Source: Eledone cirrhosa
Taxonomy: Eukaryota
Assembly: GCA_964016885.1 (NCBI GenBank)
Contig: OZ024743.1
Location: 3,224,001 to 3,288,000, forward strand
Direction of reading: 5' to 3'
DNA length: 64,000 nucleotides
Positions 59,185 through 64,000 of this stretch are shown here, piece by piece. Numbering within the stretch: position 1 is the first letter of the stretch; each line of letters opens with the position of its first letter. The notes under the pieces were generated by a model. The model made no database searches and was not told the DNA's origin. It saw nothing but the letters and a program-made list of their open reading frames with translations. Both the position numbers and the translations under genes were made by a program.

Positions 59185-59616
59185 ATATAATTTCTAATTT
59201 AGGAAAAAGGCCAGCAGTTTTATTTCCTTTATTCTTTTAGGGTTGATGGACAATTATATTGACACCAGTACTTAACTGGTACTTATTTAATCTACCCTGG
59301 AAGGATGAAAGGCAAAGTTAATCTCGGCGGGATTTGAACTCAGTCCGTAAAGGGACGTAACTGTGCTGCAAAGCATGGCGTCCGACCCTCTACCGATACT
59401 GCCAATCCACCGCTCTTGATAGATAATAATTGTTTCTACTTTAGGCACAAGGCCAGCAATTACTCAGTACATTACTGGTACTTTATTTTATTGACCCTGT
59501 AAGGATGAAAGGCAAAGTTAACCTCGGCGGGATTTGAACTCAGATCATAAAAGGACGTAACTCTATGCCTCAAAGCATGGTGTCCGACTCTCTACCGATA
59601 CTGCCAATCCACCGCC
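59185..59616 (-). mobile_element. Tandem pair of Meta-domain-like SINEs
   Basis: Two head-to-tail copies, each followed on the plus strand by gatagataataat. Confidence 0.75.
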
Positions 59617-59744
59617 TGATAGATAATAATGATTTCTAATAAAGGCATACATTTTTGTCGAAGATGGGGAAGAATTGTAATCAATTTATTCAACAATCAA
59701 CCTCTCGCTGAACTTGACTGATTCATCCATTTACCATGTTTGAC

Positions 59745-60650
59745 ATTAATAATAACAATATATGGTGTAGGATTCTGGCAGATCATTGATGGTAAACATT
59801 TGGGCACTGCTTATGAAATTGGGGATCCCAAGGCTTTCGATTTCAACCAATTTTCCCTTTTTCATTGACAATGTTTTGCACTTATCTAAACCAAACTTTA
59901 TGCCTTTGTCATCGGATACAATCCTCACTCTTGGACAAGTGAATGAAGTTCTCTTTCATTATATCCGTACAACTTTAAATTGTCCATGAACAATAGATGG
60001 CTTTAGGCATAGGATCTTTCGGGATGTAACATCCACAATTTGCTTCTCTAACAACAAGAGTAAGGGGAATCAATATAATGATAAACAACAAATGTGATAA
60101 TGAGTCTCCTTGGAAAATACCTCGTCTGATGCGAACTTCTCCTTGAACTTCATTACAAGATGACAATTCCGTTCTCCACTGCCCTATCCTAGTGGACAGC
60201 ATTTCCTTGATGCTATCTGTTGCACCTACAAGGTTTAAGGGCTCCCTTTAACCAACAATGAGGAACTATGTCGTAGGCCTTTATGTAATCTAAAAAAGCC
60301 ATTGTCAAGTTCTTTTTCGTTCTCTTGCAGTTCCTTATCAATTAACAACTGGTCCTTTGTTTCCCTGGACCCTCTATGACACCCATTTCTGTCCATTTGG
60401 GAAGAGATTCGCCTCTTCGAGATATTTGTATATCTTGTTCCCAATAATCCTAGTCAACAGTTTCCAAATGAATGGCAGGCATGCTATTGGGCAGTAATTG
60501 GCAGACACACTTCCCTTCGCTTTATCCTTCAGTATAAGGACTGTTCGACCCTTGGTCATCCAGTTTGAGTTTTCTCCAGTCCGGCATTCTGTTGTTGTTT
60601 TAATGAATATGTAACTCCGTTCCTGCACCAGCCATGGGATACCACATCTA
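59745..60650 (-). mobile_element. Degenerate R4-clade LINE RT fragment
   Basis: WMTKGRTVLILK, NYCPIACLP, TKDQLLIDK, RRGIFQGDSLS, IKFGLDKC; frameshifted. Confidence 0.85.
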
Positions 60651-60674
60651 CGATGGATGACTTGCATAACTTTG

Positions 60675-61043
60675 ATTAAGCATAAAGTGTATTGCAAAAT
60701 ACATTATATATACATCCATATATATATTGCTATTTCAGAGCTCCAATTCTAATTTTTAATTTCTGCCTGACCAACAACCGCTCTGCATAATCAGCTCCTG
60801 ATTATTTACTAGATTTCTATAAGAATATAGTATCAATGATCTCAGCAGACAGGTGGGGGTAGTTGGCCTTGATAAGCTTCAACCAAAGCGAAACAAGTCT
60901 TGTCGGCTTATCTCCCCTGTTTGCTGAGATCAAAGTGAGTGAATTTGTCACTACTTTAAAACAATAGCTTACGGTCTTCAAAATGCTTTTAATTAAGCAT
61001 AAAGTGTATTGCAAAATACATTATATATACATCCATATATATA
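60675..61043 (+). mobile_element. 317-bp retrozyme/pLTR-like unit with 52-bp terminal direct repeat
   Basis: attaagcataaagtgtattgcaaaatacattatatatacatccatatatata identical at 60675 and 60992; hammerhead inside. Confidence 0.65.
60837..60932 (+). ncRNA. Extended type I hammerhead ribozyme, U3-A8 core variant, GUC site at 60904
   Basis: gcc TTGATAA gctt caacca aagc GAA acaa gtc ttgt C ggc, plus 17-bp distal stem I tgatctcagcagacagg/cctgtttgctgagatca. Confidence 0.8.
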
Positions 61044-61049
61044 ATTTCC

Positions 61050-61318
61050 TATCGTGGAAATCCTCGCTACATCGCGGATTTTTCGTTAGACCATATCTAT
61101 TTTCTTATCGCGGTACGTACGTGTGAATAAAAAGTGTTTGAAATTTAAACTTATTAAATAAGTTTCGATGTGATTGAAGTGTATAGCGCAAGGAAGGGGC
61201 ATCTTAAGGCTTTAACTATGAAAACAACGGGTGTCTTTATGGTCTCTCTATATCACGGATTTTCATTTATCGCGGTTGGTTCTGGAATGTATCCCCCGCG
61301 ATAAACGGGGGATTACTG

Positions 61319-61320
<2 letters not shown>
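61050..61320. mobile_element. Tigger-type MITE
   Basis: ccgcgataaacgggggattactg-TA terminus with degenerate inverted partner near 61055. Confidence 0.6.
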
Positions 61321-61406
<86 letters not shown>

Positions 61407-61464
61407 TATGTGTGTGCGCGGGCATATGTGCATCTCCCTATTTCTCTTTCTCTCTCACTATATA

Positions 61465-61518
<54 letters not shown>

Positions 61519-61613
61519 GCATATTTTAGAAATGGCTTCTACAGAATTAGAACTGTTTCATTCAAAAGAAATCATCAGGTTACCCCCGACTGAACCCAAA
61601 CACACACACACAC

Positions 61614-61666
<53 letters not shown>

Positions 61667-61809
61667 CACACACACATGTATGTATGTGTGTGCGTGTGTG
61701 TGTGTGTGAAGTTGCAATCTGATGACCTCCGTCAGCCCGATACCAGTAATTGTTGCAGGCTGGTTGTTGTTATGCCGGAACGACTAAAGGATAAGTGTAA
61801 ATGGCAATT

Positions 61810-62405
<596 letters not shown>

Positions 62406-62429
62406 CGTGTGCGTGTGTGATGTATATAT

Positions 62430-64000
62430 ATATAATTGTATTAATAAGAGGAATTCCAACTTTGTCTGATTTACTCGTTTTATTTACAATCCTTTAAAAT
62501 TTATAATGGTATTATAATGAAATAGTATGATAGAATATTAAATTCTAAGTGTTAATTGAACAAGTACTTTCATGCTTTCGCAATCTTCAGGTTCATAATA
62601 TGTGGTGACAGTCAAGTTTGCAATTTTCAACTGTAATAAGATGGGTACATTTTCTACCTTTTATACATTTTATAGAGGGAAAAGTGGCTCCAGAATCCTA
62701 AGTCTTGCAAACTGTATTTCGACCAATCAGTGTGTATTTTCACTGAATTACTAAAGCTGATTGGTTTAAGCGTCACGGCTGGTTGAGCATGTCTAACGAC
62801 CAATAATTAATCATATCCAAAGCATCAATTGTTTTGCTATTTTTAGAAATGATGAAAATAGCATTTTCTATTAATCATCAACATCACTTTTATTATTATT
62901 ATTATTGTTGTTGTTGTTGTTGTTAGTGGTCGTAGTCATAGTGATAGTAGAAGTAATACCCCTAAGCGTTATTATTGTTAATTTAGCTTGGGTTTGAATT
63001 TATCAATAAAATTCTTTTCTTTGATTTTTCTCTTGATTTCACTTGGGCTGTGTAATTTGTAGAATGGGAATATTATAAATATTCCCTGACCACATGTTGC
63101 TAGATGGTTACTTAGGGGTATCTGACGAACATTTGGGTCTCTGATTTGTTGACGGTGTACCCGTGCACGTTCCGATAGTGCATTTCCAGTTTGACCGACA
63201 TATAGTTCTTCACAATTCGGGCATTTAATGCAGTAAATTAGATTTCTGCTTTTGCAGTTCATATTTGCATTTGGGAATATTTTTCCAGTTTTTGTTTTCA
63301 TATATTGACCGGCGTGTATGGATTGACATGTGCCGCATCGACTATCATTGCATTTAGATACAGTGAATGATTGGTCTTTGTTGTTAAGGTCAAACTTTGC
63401 TTTTGTTAGTAATTGCTTCAAATTTTTTGGCTGTCTTTTACTAAGAGTCAAAGATCGATCTGTGATTAAGCCTTTTAATTCATTACTTTGAGCAATGATC
63501 GGTAGGTTTGCTTTGGCAGTGTTGAAGATATTCTGGTGACATGGGTTGTGTGTCATTATAAATGGTATGACCAGTTCTTGGTTTCTTCTTCCTTTGGTTG
63601 TCCTAAGTTGTTGTATAGATATTTTTATAGCCGGCTGTATGCCATTTTCTATAAGTAGTCTTAGTTCTGTTAGGCGTTTGTACCTGGTATTCGTATCTTC
63701 TACAATGGTACAAATTCTTCTGGTTAGGCAGTATGGGATGTTGCGTTTTGTATGAGGTGGATGGCACGACTTAAAATTCAGATATTGATGGGTGTCTGTG
63801 TGTTTATAATATATATCCGTGGTAATGGTGGTGTCGTTTTTGATTATCATTATATCTAGGAATGGTAATTTGGTCCTACTCATCTCTTTTGTGAATTGGA
63901 GAGATGGGTGTAGGTTATTCAGGAGGATATTGAACTCATCCAGAGTATCTAGAGATTCTGTCCAGATGATGAAACAGTCGTCAAGGTATCTATTCCAAGA
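62430..64000 (-). mobile_element. Penelope-like element (Neptune-like): RT C-terminus, Cys-rich linker, GIY-YIG endonuclease, pLTR
   Basis: Frame open from 64000: WNRYLDDCFIIW...LPFLDI...YKHTDTHQYL...CNDSRCGTC...NLIYCIKCPNCEELYVGQTG...ERARVH; stop at 62978. Confidence 0.92.
62557..62595 (-). ncRNA. Minimal type I hammerhead ribozyme in the Penelope pLTR
   Basis: tgaac CTGAAGA t tgc gaaa gca t GAA agtact T gttca; palindromic stem III; sense to the element. Confidence 0.75.

Overview
AT-rich, repeat-dense animal genomic DNA; the SINE/LINE repertoire suggests an octopod cephalopod (inference). It holds two head-to-head host genes with ATGs about 405 bp apart. HAUS6 (minus strand) has 19 phase-consistent GT-AG exons reconstructed from 39153 down to 784 (621 codons) and continues beyond the window start. 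SDHAF4 (plus strand) has 2 exons and encodes 117 aa. The rest is mobile DNA: several RTE-clade LINEs (one with an uninterrupted ~890-codon ORF carrying a PHD-like finger), RTE-derived non-autonomous elements, R4-clade and CRE-like fragments, Penelope-like elements, Merlin relics, hAT/Tigger/piggyBac-type MITEs, Helentron-like elements, tRNA-derived SINEs, and micro- and minisatellites. The most unexpected signal is about ten type I hammerhead ribozyme motifs, folded by eye. They include two with a compensatory U3-A8 core, one of them in a 317-bp terminally redundant retrozyme-like unit. Another can only be seen after removing a 3-kb LINE inserted in its loop II, and two lie in sense orientation in the SDHAF4 intron. 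All family assignments are from motif recognition; no database search was run.
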